A stretch of DNA of 58,099 nt from Burkholderiales bacterium (GCA_035525655.1 DATLDY010000074.1:1-58099); one strand, 5' to 3'; shown: positions 17,846-27,169, counted from the first letter of the stretch. Program-made: numbers and translations. The notes: a model not told the origin generated them from the sequence alone.

Positions 17846-19883
17846 GCTCGACTTGTACCCGGCAGTCGTAGAACGTAGCGCCGCCGCCCAGGTCGGCGAC
17901 GCGCTGCGAGGTGACGTTGTTCGCGTTGCGGCCGTCGGGCGAATGCTTCTTCCACCAGACCGACGGCGCCACCACCACCCCGGCGCGCGGCTTGCCGTTG
18001 ATGCGGGCGCGCAGCAGGTACTCGCCGCGGTCGTTGAAAACGCGCACGCGATCGCCCTCGCGGATGCCGCGCGCGGCCGCGTCCTCGGGATGCATGTCGA
18101 GGTGCGGCTCCTGCTCGAACTCGCGGAACCGCACGAGGTTGGCGAAAGTGGAATTCAGGAAGTGGCGGGCCGGAGGCGACAGGAACGCGAGCGGGTAGCG
18201 CCCGGCGAGCGACTCATCGGCGGCTTCCGCCGGAGGGTTGTAATACGGCAAGGGATCGATGCCCTGCTTCTCGAGCCATTCGCTATAGAGCTCGCACTTT
18301 CCGGACGGCGTCGGAAAGCCGCCCTGCGCGAAGGGCGCGAAGCGCTCCGGCACGGCGAGCTTCTGCCAGCCTTCGGCCTTCAACCGTTCCCAGTCCACAC
18401 CGGCCATGCGCGGCTGGCGCGACGCAAGCGCCGTGCGGCAGATGTCTTCGTCCGAATCGCGGAAACACGGCTCGTCGAAGCCCATGCGCGCCGCAAGACG
18501 CCGGAAGATCTCCGAATTGGGCAGCGACTCCCCGACCGGCGCGATCGCCGGATTGTTCGCGAGCACGTAAAGATGGCCGTAGGACTTGTGCACGTCGTGG
18601 TGCTCGAGCTGCGTGGTCGCCGGCAGGACGATGTCCGCATAGTCCGCGGTATCGGTCTGGAAGTGGTCGATGACCACCGTGAAGAGATCCTCGCGTGAAA
18701 AGCCGGCGATGACCTTGTCGGATTCCGGGCACACGGCGACGGGATTGTTGTTGTATACGATCGTGGCCAGCACCGGCGGCTGCGCGGCGGTGAGCGCGTT
18801 GCCGAGCTGAGAGTGGTTGATCGTGCGCGGCCGGCGACCGGCGAGGAGATCGGGACGCTCGAGCGCGGCGTGGTCGAAGCCATAGAAGTCTGCCGTCGTC
18901 AGCACCAGGCCGCCCGCGACATCGCGCCACGCACCCACAAGCGCGGGCAGGCAAGCGATGGTGCGCGCGGCAATGCCGCCGCCCGCGTGCCGCTGCATGC
19001 CGTAGTTGAGCCGGATGGCCGCCGGCTTGACCTTCCCGTAATCGCGCGCGAGCTGCACGACCTCGTCCGCGCGCAGGCCGCAGAGCTTTGCCACGCGCTC
19101 GGGCGGATAGTCCGCCAGGCGCTTCTCCAGCGCCTCGTAGCCGATGGTGTAGCGCTGGATATAGTCGCGGTCGACCAATCCGTCGCGCGCAAGCACGTGC
19201 ATCATGCCGAGCGCAAGGGCGCCGTCCGTGCCCGGCAGCAGCGCGACGTGCTGCGTGCACTTCTCGGCCGAAAGGCTGCGATAGGGATCGATGGCGATCA
19301 CCTTGGCGCCGCGGCGCTTGGCGCCCTGCACGCGCGACCAGAGGTGCAGGTTGGAGACGATCGGATTCGCGCCCCACAGGATGATGAGCTGCGCCTCGTC
19401 GAAGCGCTCGGGATCCATGCCTACCGAGCCGCCGAGCGTGGCCTTGAGTCCGTACTTGCCCGCGCTCGAGCAGAGCGTGCGATCGAGGATCGAGGCGCCG
19501 AGCTTATGGAAAAAGCGCCGGTCCATGGAGCTGTACTGCACCATGCCCATCGTGCCGGCGTAGCTGCACGGCAGTATGGTTTGCGGGTCGGTGGCCGCGA
19601 GCGGCTTCAGCCGTGCGGCGATTTCGTCCAGCGCCTCGTCCCAGCCGATGCGGCGGAACTTGCCCTCACCCTTGCGCCCGACCCGCTTCAGCGGGTAGCG
19701 GAGCCGATCGGGGGAATACGTGCGCTCGAGGTAGTAGGACACCTTCGTGCACAAGGTGCCTTGCGTGAACGGCATGCTCGGGTCGCCCTGGATCTTGGTC
19801 GCCACGCCGTTGTCGACGGTGACGAGCATGCCGCAAGTGTCCGGGCAGTCGTGCGGGCAGGCAACGTGAACCATTTCGCTCAT
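17823..19883 (-). CDS. molybdopterin-dependent oxidoreductase (DMSO-reductase superfamily), cytoplasmic, substrate unknown
   Basis: 686 aa. N-terminal 4Fe-4S motif VACPHDCPDTCGM...GTLCTKV. MopB-type core and a C-terminal molybdopterin dinucleotide-binding beta-barrel (HPEDAAARGIREGDRVRVFNDRGE). No Tat leader. Confidence 0.88.
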   Translation of the reverse strand: MSEMVHVACPHDCPDTCGMLVTVDNGVATKIQGDPSMPFTQGTLCTKVSYYLERTYSPDRLRYPLKRVGRKGEGKFRRIGWDEALDEIAARLKPLAATDPQTILPCSYAGTMGMVQYSSMDRRFFHKLGASILDRTLCSSAGKYGLKATLGGSVGMDPERFDEAQLIILWGANPIVSNLHLWSRVQGAKRRGAKVIAIDPYRSLSAEKCTQHVALLPGTDGALALGMMHVLARDGLVDRDYIQRYTIGYEALEKRLADYPPERVAKLCGLRADEVVQLARDYGKVKPAAIRLNYGMQRHAGGGIAARTIACLPALVGAWRDVAGGLVLTTADFYGFDHAALERPDLLAGRRPRTINHSQLGNALTAAQPPVLATIVYNNNPVAVCPESDKVIAGFSREDLFTVVIDHFQTDTADYADIVLPATTQLEHHDVHKSYGHLYVLANNPAIAPVGESLPNSEIFRRLAARMGFDEPCFRDSDEDICRTALASRQPRMAGVDWERLKAEGWQKLAVPERFAPFAQGGFPTPSGKCELYSEWLEKQGIDPLPYYNPPAEAADESLAGRYPLAFLSPPARHFLNSTFANLVRFREFEQEPHLDMHPEDAAARGIREGDRVRVFNDRGEYLLRARINGKPRAGVVVAPSVWWKKHSPDGRNANNVTSQRVADLGGGATFYDCRVQVERVDAARA

Positions 19884-19887
19884 GGGT

Positions 19888-21096
19888 TCATTCTACGTCC
19901 AGCAGCTCGATCCAATGCCGTACCCGCATCGCGGTGCCGCCTTGCAGGTGCGACAGGCACCCGATATTCGCCGTGGCGAGCACATCCGGCGCACCCGCTT
20001 GCAGCGCGGCGAGCTTGCGCGCGCGCAGCTCGCCCGAGATAGCCGGGTGCAAAAGCGAATAGGTGCCCGCCGAGCCGCAGCACAAGTGGGCGTCATCCAC
20101 CGGCACGAGGTCGTATCCCGCCCTCGACAGCAGGGCCTCCACGCGGCCTCTGATCTGCTGGCCGTGCTGCAGCGTGCAGGGCGACTGGAAAGCAACTTTG
20201 CTGCGCGGCGCACGGGCATGAACCATCCCGGCATCGATGACCTCGCAAAGATCGCGCGTCATGGACGAAATGCGCCGCGCCTTCTCGCGGTAATCGGCAT
20301 CCTGCGCGAGCAGATGACCATAGTCCTTCACCGTCACGCCGCAGCCGGTAGCCGTCATGACGATCGCCTCGATCTCGCCGCTTTCGACAGCCGGCCACCA
20401 CGCATCGATGAGGGCGCGCATGTCGTCACGACCCCGTTCCTGATAGTTGAGATGGAAGCGAATCCCGCCGCAGCATCCGGCACCCGGCGCCTCGACCAGG
20501 GAAATGCCCATCCGGTCGAGCACGCGCGCCGCCGCCGCGTTGATCGATGGCGCGAGCGCGGGTTGCACGCATCCGGCGAGCACCAGCATCTTGCGCGGGT
20601 GGCGCGCGTCCGGCCACGCGCCGGCGCGGTTTGCAGGCCCGGGGGTCCTTGCTTTCACCCCGGCCGGGAGCAAAGGCCGGAACAGACGCCCGAGCCATAA
20701 CCCGGCGCCGAACAGCCAGGGGCGCGGAAGACCGAAGGCAAGCACGGCGCGCTGCAGGCGCTCGAAGGGGCCGCGGCGCGTCTTCGACTCGACCACGGCC
20801 CTGCCGATGTCGACCAGCCGTCCATAGCGCACGCCGGAGGGACACGTCGTCTCGCAGGCGCGGCAGGTGAGGCAGCGATCGAGATGCAGCCGCGTCTTTC
20901 CGGTGACGGGTGCGCCTTCGAGGGCGCGCTTCATGAGATAGATGCGGCCCCGCGGGCTGTCGAGGTCGTCGCCGAGCACCTGGTACGTCGGGCAGGTGGC
21001 GGTGCAAAAACCGCAGTGCACGCACTTGCGCAGAATGTCCTCGGCTTCGCGGCCCTCCGGCGTATCGCGAATGAAGTCGGCGAGCTGGGTCTGCAT
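19888..21096 (-). CDS. glcF: glycolate oxidase iron-sulfur subunit
   Basis: 402 aa. Two ferredoxin-type clusters (CVHCGFCTATCP, CLTCRACETTCP) followed by CCG domains. Confidence 0.93.
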   Translation of the reverse strand: MQTQLADFIRDTPEGREAEDILRKCVHCGFCTATCPTYQVLGDDLDSPRGRIYLMKRALEGAPVTGKTRLHLDRCLTCRACETTCPSGVRYGRLVDIGRAVVESKTRRGPFERLQRAVLAFGLPRPWLFGAGLWLGRLFRPLLPAGVKARTPGPANRAGAWPDARHPRKMLVLAGCVQPALAPSINAAAARVLDRMGISLVEAPGAGCCGGIRFHLNYQERGRDDMRALIDAWWPAVESGEIEAIVMTATGCGVTVKDYGHLLAQDADYREKARRISSMTRDLCEVIDAGMVHARAPRSKVAFQSPCTLQHGQQIRGRVEALLSRAGYDLVPVDDAHLCCGSAGTYSLLHPAISGELRARKLAALQAGAPDVLATANIGCLSHLQGGTAMRVRHWIELLDVE

Positions 21097-21118
21097 GCTC
21101 GCTCGCTATACTTTTCGC

Positions 21119-21475
21119 ATGAAAGGCGTTCTATGGTTCATCGCGATCGCCCTGGTCGGCGCGGTGGGGTACCTCATCCACCGCTCGCGCCGCCAGTGGG
21201 CCGAGCGCCGGCGCGCCTCCGAAGCCCGACTGGTGAGCTTGATGGCGCAAGCGCAGCCTGCAGCGCCACCGTTGAATCCGGTCGCCGCACCCGCGGGGCC
21301 GGCGCCGCAGGAACGGCTGCTCCTCGATGCTGCAAGCAAGGCGGGCGAAGCCGGCGAGCCCGTTTTGTCGATCCAGCTTTACGCGAAGCTGCTCGCACGC
21401 TACCCGCAATCGCAGTTCGCGGTGCAGGCGCGCGCCGCCGTCGAACAGCAGAAGAAGAAGCTCGGCCAAGCCTAG
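21119..21475 (+). CDS. hypothetical membrane-anchored protein (opposite strand, in the glcE-glcF gap)
   Basis: 118 aa from ATG 21119 (126 aa from ATG 21095). N-terminal TM helix MKGVLWFIAIALVGAVGYLI followed by RSRRQW. The composition is realistic and GC3 is high, while minus-strand frames here translate to Arg/Ala-rich junk. No obvious Shine-Dalgarno. Confidence 0.5.
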   Translation: MKGVLWFIAIALVGAVGYLIHRSRRQWAERRRASEARLVSLMAQAQPAAPPLNPVAAPAGPAPQERLLLDAASKAGEAGEPVLSIQLYAKLLARYPQSQFAVQARAAVEQQKKKLGQA

Positions 21476-22521
21476 AGCTCCGCATACATGCGGCCGCGAT
21501 TGAAGATGCCGGCCGGATCGAACGCGCTCTTCAACGCGCGATGCAGCCGCAGCTGCGCCGGCTGCAAAGGCGCAAATGCGCCGGGACTCTTGTCGGCGGC
21601 GCGGAACAGGGTGGCGTGCCCGCTCGCGCGCTGCGCGACCTCGCGCACCTGGGCTGCATCGACGCCCGACGCGAACCAGCGCAACCCGCCGCCCCACTCG
21701 ATGAGCTGGCGGCCAGGCAATTGCACCGGCGGCGTGCTCGACGGTAATGCGAGCCGCCACAACGGCGCGTCGGACGAAAAAAACGCATGACCGTGCTCGC
21801 GAATGACGCGCCAGAAGCCCGGCGTATCGTCTACCGGGGTGCCGCCCAGCGCGGCCGCCGCGGCACGCACGGCGACGCTCGCGCCCGAGAGACGCACCCA
21901 TAGCAGCCCGTCGTGCCAGGCCGTTGCCGAAACCGGCAACGGTTGCCCCGCCCAACGGTTCATCAGCTCGAGCGCGCGAGCCTCGGGTGCCTCGAGCTGG
22001 AGGGTGATCTCGGACGCCGGCCGCGGCAGCACCTTGACCGAGGCCTCGGCGATGACGCCGAGCGTGCCGAGCGATCCGGCCAGCAGGCGCGACAGGTCAT
22101 AGCCGGCGACGTTCTTCATCACCTGGCCGCCGAACTCGAGCAGCCGGCCCTTGCCGTCGATCACCTTTACGCCGAGCACGAAGTCGCGCAGCGCGCCGGC
22201 GCTCGCGCGGCGTGGACCCGAGAGGCCGCACGCAATGCAGCCGCCGAACGTCGCCACGCCGAAATGCGGCGGCTCGAACGCCAGGCACTGGCCCTGCGCG
22301 GCAAGCGCCTGCTCGACTTCCGCGAGCGGCGTGCCGCAGCGCGCAGTGACCACCAGCTCGCTAGGCTCGTAGTCGGTGATGCCGCGATACTCGCGCGTAT
22401 CGACGAGCTCGCCGAGCAGCGTGTTGCCGTAGAAATCCTTGCTGCCGCCGCCGCGCAGCCGCAGCGGCGCGCCGCGCTCCGCGGCCGAGCGGACCTGCTC
22501 CTGGAGATGAACGACGCTCAA
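21472..22521 (-). CDS. glcE: glycolate oxidase FAD-binding subunit
   Basis: 349 aa from TTG 22521, which overlaps the glcD stop (TTGA). LRLRGGGSKDFYG and NVAGYDLSRLLAGSLGTLG match the FAD-PCMH domain. Confidence 0.9.
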   Translation of the reverse strand: MSVVHLQEQVRSAAERGAPLRLRGGGSKDFYGNTLLGELVDTREYRGITDYEPSELVVTARCGTPLAEVEQALAAQGQCLAFEPPHFGVATFGGCIACGLSGPRRASAGALRDFVLGVKVIDGKGRLLEFGGQVMKNVAGYDLSRLLAGSLGTLGVIAEASVKVLPRPASEITLQLEAPEARALELMNRWAGQPLPVSATAWHDGLLWVRLSGASVAVRAAAAALGGTPVDDTPGFWRVIREHGHAFFSSDAPLWRLALPSSTPPVQLPGRQLIEWGGGLRWFASGVDAAQVREVAQRASGHATLFRAADKSPGAFAPLQPAQLRLHRALKSAFDPAGIFNRGRMYAEL

Positions 22522-23993
22522 AAGCGCGGCAACTCGGGATGCGCAAGGGCGCCGCCGTGCACATGCATGCGGCCGTATTCGGCGCAGCGGGCGAGCGTGG
22601 GCACCGCTTTGCCGGGATTGAGCAATCCGTGCGCATCGAAGGCGCGCTTCACCGCGTGAAAAAGCTCCAGCTCGTCGGGCCGGAACTGCGTGCACATCTG
22701 GTTGATCTTCTCGACGCCGACGCCGTGCTCGCCGGTAATCGTCCCGCCGACGGCCACGCATTTTTCGAGCACCTCGGCGGCGAACTTCTCGGTGCGCTCG
22801 AGCTCCTCCGGACGATTGGCGTCGAACAGGATCAGCGGATGCAGGTTGCCGTCGCCAGCGTGGAATACGTTCGGGCAGCGCAGCCCGTACTTCTTCTCCA
22901 TCTGGGCGATGAAGTTCAGCACCTCGCCCAGGCGCTTGCGCGGGATCGTGCCGTCCATGCAGTAATAGTCCGGAGAGATGCGCCCCACCGCCGGAAACGC
23001 CGCCTTGCGCCCGGACCAGAACCGCAAGCGCTCCGCCTCGTCGCGCGACACGGCGATGCGCACGGCACCGGAGGCTTGCAGGACCGATTGCATGCGCGCG
23101 ATCTCGTCGTCGACTTCGGCCGGCGTGCCATCGGACTCGCACAGCAGGATCGCCTTGGCCTCGAGGTCGTAGCCCGCGCCGACGAACTGCTCGACCGCAT
23201 GCGTAGCCGGCCGGTCCATCATTTCGAGCCCCGCCGGAATGATGCCCGCCGCGATCACCGCGGCGACAGCGTCGCCGGCCTTCTCGAGCTGATCGAAGGA
23301 CGCCATGATGACGCGGGCGCACTGCGGCTTCGGCAGGAGCTTCACCACTACCTCGGTTACGACGAACAGCATTCCTTCCGATCCGATGGCGAGGGCGAGC
23401 AGATCGAGCCCGGCGCTGTCGGGCGCGACGGACCCCACCTCGAGCGGCTCGCCGTCGATCGTGAAGCCGCGCAGGCGCAGCACGTTGTGGACGGTGAGGC
23501 CGTACTTTAGGCAATGCACCCCGCCGGAATTCTCCGCGACGTTGCCGCCGATCGTGCACGCGATCTGGCTGGAGGGGTCGGGCGCGTAGTACAGGCCGTA
23601 AGGCGCCGCCACCTCGGAAATCACGGCATTGCGCACGCCGGGCTGCACGACCGCGATGCGTGCGGTCGCGTCGACACGCACGACGCGCATGAACTTCGCC
23701 ATGGAAAGCAGCACGCCGTCACCGGGCGGCAGCGCGCCGCCGGAAAGCCCCGTCCCCGCGCCACGCGGGACCACCGGCACCTTCAGCGACGAGCAGACCT
23801 GGAGGATCCGCTGCACCTCCGCTTCGCTCTCGGGCAGCGCGACGACCATCGGCAGCTGCCGATACGCAGTGAGGCCATCGCATTCGTAGGGGCGGGTGTC
23901 TTCCTCTGCGCAGAGAACGGCGCGCCCCGGGAGAAACGCACGCAGGGCACGCGCGACCTCGCGCTGCCGGTTCAGAGATAAGGCGTCGCCCAC
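22518..23993 (-). CDS. glcD: glycolate oxidase subunit GlcD (FAD-linked oxidase)
   Basis: 491 aa, collinear with E. coli GlcD (PYECDGLTAYR, PRGAGTGLSGGALP, YYAPDPSSQIACTIGGNVAENSGGVHCLKYG, HAGDGNLHPLILFD). Confidence 0.95.
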   Translation of the reverse strand: MGDALSLNRQREVARALRAFLPGRAVLCAEEDTRPYECDGLTAYRQLPMVVALPESEAEVQRILQVCSSLKVPVVPRGAGTGLSGGALPPGDGVLLSMAKFMRVVRVDATARIAVVQPGVRNAVISEVAAPYGLYYAPDPSSQIACTIGGNVAENSGGVHCLKYGLTVHNVLRLRGFTIDGEPLEVGSVAPDSAGLDLLALAIGSEGMLFVVTEVVVKLLPKPQCARVIMASFDQLEKAGDAVAAVIAAGIIPAGLEMMDRPATHAVEQFVGAGYDLEAKAILLCESDGTPAEVDDEIARMQSVLQASGAVRIAVSRDEAERLRFWSGRKAAFPAVGRISPDYYCMDGTIPRKRLGEVLNFIAQMEKKYGLRCPNVFHAGDGNLHPLILFDANRPEELERTEKFAAEVLEKCVAVGGTITGEHGVGVEKINQMCTQFRPDELELFHAVKRAFDAHGLLNPGKAVPTLARCAEYGRMHVHGGALAHPELPRF

Positions 23994-24739
23994 CTCAGGC
24001 CTTCGAGCGTGTCACCGGCCGGATTGTATTCGCATCCCACCCAGCCCGAATACCCGATGCGGTCGAGATGGCCGAGCAGAAAATCGAAGTTGATCTCGCC
24101 GCTGCCGGGCTCGTGGCGATCGGGCACGTCGGCGACCTGGATGTGGCCGATGCGCGCGAGCAGGCGCTCGGTCGTTGCGGCGAGATCGCCCTCCATGATC
24201 TGCATGTGGAAGAAGTCGTACTGCAGGAACGCGTTGCCCTCGCCTGCGGCGTTCAGGACATCGATCGCCTGCCGGCTGTGCGTGAGAAAGAAGCCAGGCA
24301 CGCTGCGCGTATTGATCGGCTCGAGCACCAGCTGGATGCCCACTTCGCCTAGCCGGCGCGCAGCGTGGCGCACGTTGCCGACGAGGGTCCTGAAGTGCTC
24401 GTCATCCACCGGCGCGAGCCCGGCGATGCAGTTCAGGCGCCGGCAGCCGACCGCGGTGGCATAGCCGATCGCACGCTCGACGCCCTCGCGGAACTCGGTC
24501 TCGCGCCCAGGCAGGCAGGCGATGCCGCGCTCGCCCCTGCCCGCGTCGCCGGCCGGCAGGTTGTGCAGCACAACCTCGACGCCGGCAGCACGCGCGCGCC
24601 GGCCGAGCTCCTCGGCGGGATACGTGTACGGAAACTGGTACTCCACATAGCGAAAACCCGCCGCGCGCGCCGCGGCAAAGCGCTCGAGGAAGTCGAGCTG
24701 CGGGAAAAGCATCGAGAGATTGGCGGCGAGCTTCGGCAT
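23972..24739 (-). CDS. hyi: hydroxypyruvate isomerase
   Basis: 255 aa from ATG 24739 (M57 of the track ORF), collinear with E. coli Hyi (AANLSMLF, HNLPAGD, GERGIACLPGRE, EPIN, GHIQVAD, GEINFDFL, GWVGCEY). Confidence 0.92.
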   Translation of the reverse strand: MPKLAANLSMLFPQLDFLERFAAARAAGFRYVEYQFPYTYPAEELGRRARAAGVEVVLHNLPAGDAGRGERGIACLPGRETEFREGVERAIGYATAVGCRRLNCIAGLAPVDDEHFRTLVGNVRHAARRLGEVGIQLVLEPINTRSVPGFFLTHSRQAIDVLNAAGEGNAFLQYDFFHMQIMEGDLAATTERLLARIGHIQVADVPDRHEPGSGEINFDFLLGHLDRIGYSGWVGCEYNPAGDTLEGLRWATPYL

Positions 24740-24763
24740 AATGGCCAGCATAACCAAAAGACC

Positions 24764-25621
24764 ATGGACGCCGCCGCCATCCCGTGGTGGATCTGGCCGA
24801 TCGCGCTTTTCGTGGTCAGCTTTGCCATCGGCATCATCGCAGTGCTGGCGGGCGTCGGTGGCGGCGTGCTGTTCGTCCCGATCGTCGGCAGCCTGTTCCC
24901 CTTCCATCTCGACTTCGTGCGCGGCGCGGGGCTGATGTTCGCGCTGGCCGGCACGCTCGCCGCCGGGCCGCCGCTGCTGCGCGCAGGCATGGCGAGCCTG
25001 CGGCTCGTCATGCCGCTCGCGCTCGTCGGCTCGATTGCCTCGTTCGCGGGGGCGCTGGTCGGGCTAGCGCTCGCTACCGCAGTCCTCAATACGCTGCTAG
25101 GGCTCCTGATCATCGGCATCGCGATTTTGATCTGGCGCTCGCGCGCCGCCGACGCGCAGAACGTGGAAGCCGACGGGCTGGGCGCCCTCCTGCGCCTGCA
25201 AGGGGAATTCCACGATCCGGCGGCTGGCTTGCGCATCGACTGGCGCACGCACCGTACGCTGCTCGGACTCGCCGCCTTTGCCGCGATCGGCTTCGTCGGC
25301 GGCATCTTCGGCCTGGGTGCGGGCTTCGCCAACGTGCCGGCGCTCAACCTGCTCATGTCCGCGCCGCTCAAGGTGGCCGTGGGGTCGAGCGGCCTGCTGA
25401 TCTCGGTCATCAACAGCTCGGCGGCCTGGGTGTACATCCACCGCGGGGCGCTCTTGCCGCTGATCGTGGTGCCCGCCATCCTGGGCGTGATGCTGGGCTC
25501 GCGCCTGGGCGCGCGCTTGCTGGGCAGTACGCCGGCCGCGCTGGTGCGGCGGCTTGTCATTGTGGTGATGTTGATCGCGGGATTGCGAGCGCTCGCGCGA
25601 GGTACCGGCCTGTGGATGTGA
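24764..25621 (+). CDS. TauE/SafE (TSUP) family sulfite/anion exporter
   Basis: 285 aa from ATG 24764. Polytopic, with AGVGGGVLFVPI and GLGAGFANVPAL repeats typical of the TSUP family. Confidence 0.85.
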   Translation: MDAAAIPWWIWPIALFVVSFAIGIIAVLAGVGGGVLFVPIVGSLFPFHLDFVRGAGLMFALAGTLAAGPPLLRAGMASLRLVMPLALVGSIASFAGALVGLALATAVLNTLLGLLIIGIAILIWRSRAADAQNVEADGLGALLRLQGEFHDPAAGLRIDWRTHRTLLGLAAFAAIGFVGGIFGLGAGFANVPALNLLMSAPLKVAVGSSGLLISVINSSAAWVYIHRGALLPLIVVPAILGVMLGSRLGARLLGSTPAALVRRLVIVVMLIAGLRALARGTGLWM

Positions 25622-26025
25622 ACACTAACGAGCGGGCGTTGCGCGAGCTCTATGCGCGCTGGCTCGACCGGGCGACCCAAGCGGGCTTCGCCATCTCGCT
25701 CGTCGCGTTCCTGGTCTACGTGGGCGGGCTCGTCCCCCCCTACCTGCCCATCGCCGACCTGCCGCGCTACTGGACGCTGCCGGTCGACCGCTTCATAGCG
25801 GCCACCGGGGCACCGCAGCAATGGGCCTGGCTCGGACTGATCGGCTATGGCGACGAGCTCAACCTCGCCGCCGTGGCCCTCCTCGCGCTCGTCACGCCGG
25901 CCTGCTACGCCCGGCTCCTGCCTGCGCTTTTCGTCCGCCGAGACTGGCTGCACCTCGCGCTCGCCGCGGCGCAGCTGCTCGTCCTTGTCGTTGCAGCGAG
26001 CGGGCTGCTGGCCGGCAGCGGGTGA
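25612..26025 (+). CDS. DUF1634-like small membrane protein (usual partner of TauE-family genes)
   Basis: GTG at 25612 or 25618 overlaps the TauE stop (ATGTGA). About 135 aa with 3-4 TM segments. Pairing with TSUP genes is from my recollection of annotated genomes. Confidence 0.65.
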   Translation: MDVNTNERALRELYARWLDRATQAGFAISLVAFLVYVGGLVPPYLPIADLPRYWTLPVDRFIAATGAPQQWAWLGLIGYGDELNLAAVALLALVTPACYARLLPALFVRRDWLHLALAAAQLLVLVVAASGLLAGSG

Positions 26026-26076
26026 CGGTGCTAGACTTTTTTCGCTCGCAACACCATAACCAAAAGGAGAAAACAA

Positions 26077-26688
26077 ATGGGTGCGATCTTCCAATCGCTG
26101 GGCCGCACGATCACCGCCGGCGTCGTCCTTCTCATCGTATTGCTGATCATCCTCGTCGGCGCAATGGGCGCGCGCGTCAATGTGGGCGATCACGGCTGGT
26201 GGCTGTTCGCCATGCGCTGGCTGCACGTCACCGCCGGGGTGATGTGGATTGGGCTGCTCTGGTACTTCAACTTCGTGCAGACGCCGTCGATGCCGAAGAT
26301 CCCCGATGAGCAGAAGCCGGCGATCAGCAAGGTCATCGCTCCCACGGCGCTCTTCTGGTTCCGCTGGGCCGCGATGGCGACGATCGTCCTGGGCCTGATC
26401 CTCGCCCTGATGAACGGCTATCTCGTGCAAGCGCTCACGCTGCAGAAGCCCTTCACCGCCATCGGGCTGGGCGCTTGGCTCGGCACCATCATGTGGGCCA
26501 ACGTGTGGTTCGTCATCTGGCCGAACCAAAAGAAGGCACTCGGCATCGTGCAGGTCGACGCGACCGAGAAGGCGGCCGCTGCCAAGCGCGCCGGCATGGC
26601 CTCGCGCATCAACACGATGCTCTCGATCCCGATGCTGTACTTCATGGTGGCGCAAAGCCACGGCGGACTCGGGTTCCCGAGCCCGTAA
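26077..26688 (+). CDS. integral membrane protein of unknown function (motif resembles the membrane domain of PuuD-type urate hydroxylases)
   Basis: 203 aa. Strong Shine-Dalgarno (AAGGAGA) 7 nt upstream. 4-5 TM segments. Motif MRWLHVTAGVMWIGLLWYFNFVQ. Confidence 0.75.
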   Translation: MGAIFQSLGRTITAGVVLLIVLLIILVGAMGARVNVGDHGWWLFAMRWLHVTAGVMWIGLLWYFNFVQTPSMPKIPDEQKPAISKVIAPTALFWFRWAAMATIVLGLILALMNGYLVQALTLQKPFTAIGLGAWLGTIMWANVWFVIWPNQKKALGIVQVDATEKAAAAKRAGMASRINTMLSIPMLYFMVAQSHGGLGFPSP

Positions 26689-26695
26689 GCCTTAC

Positions 26696-27118
26696 TTACT
26701 TCACGCCGGGAATGCCGCCGATGCGGCTTCCCGGCTTGATTCCCCGGGAAGCAAACCAGCCGCGGTTCATCTCGAGCGCGTAGCGCGCGGCGCGCTTGGC
26801 GCAGTGCGACTCCTCGGTCTGGGGCTCCATGTCCTCGATGTTGACGATGACGCCCCGCTCGTCGATGAAGGCCACGGACAGCGCAATCAGCGTGTTCTTC
26901 ATCCACATGCAGTGCTGCGTGTCCTCGTCGAACACGAACAGCATGCCGGCGTTGCCCGGCATCGATGCGCGGTGCATGAGGCCTCGCATCCGAGTGGCGA
27001 AATCGGCGGCGAGCTCGGCACGCACCAGGTGCATGCCTGCGTTCAATTGAACGACCGGCATCGGCTGGCCGAGGGCTGGCATCGAGAGCGCGAACAGGCA
27101 GGAGAGGAAAAGACGCAT
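26696..27118 (-). CDS. DUF192 domain-containing protein (secreted)
   Basis: 140 aa. Signal peptide MRLFLSCLFALSMPALG/QP. GLMHR...GMLFVFDE...MWMKNTLIALSVAFID matches DUF192. Confidence 0.8.
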   Translation of the reverse strand: MRLFLSCLFALSMPALGQPMPVVQLNAGMHLVRAELAADFATRMRGLMHRASMPGNAGMLFVFDEDTQHCMWMKNTLIALSVAFIDERGVIVNIEDMEPQTEESHCAKRAARYALEMNRGWFASRGIKPGSRIGGIPGVK

Positions 27119-27122
27119 AAAT

Positions 27123-27150
27123 GAAAAAGGCAGGGAGTTTATCCCTGCCT
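27123..27150 (-). terminator. rho-independent terminator downstream of the Lys-rich peptide gene
   Basis: 9-bp stem AGGCAGGGA/TCCCTGCCT (27128-27136 / 27142-27150) with a 5-nt loop, followed on the minus strand by TTTT. Lies 20 nt after the stop at 27170. Confidence 0.7.
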
Positions 27151-27169
27151 TCCAGTATCGCTGCGGGCG

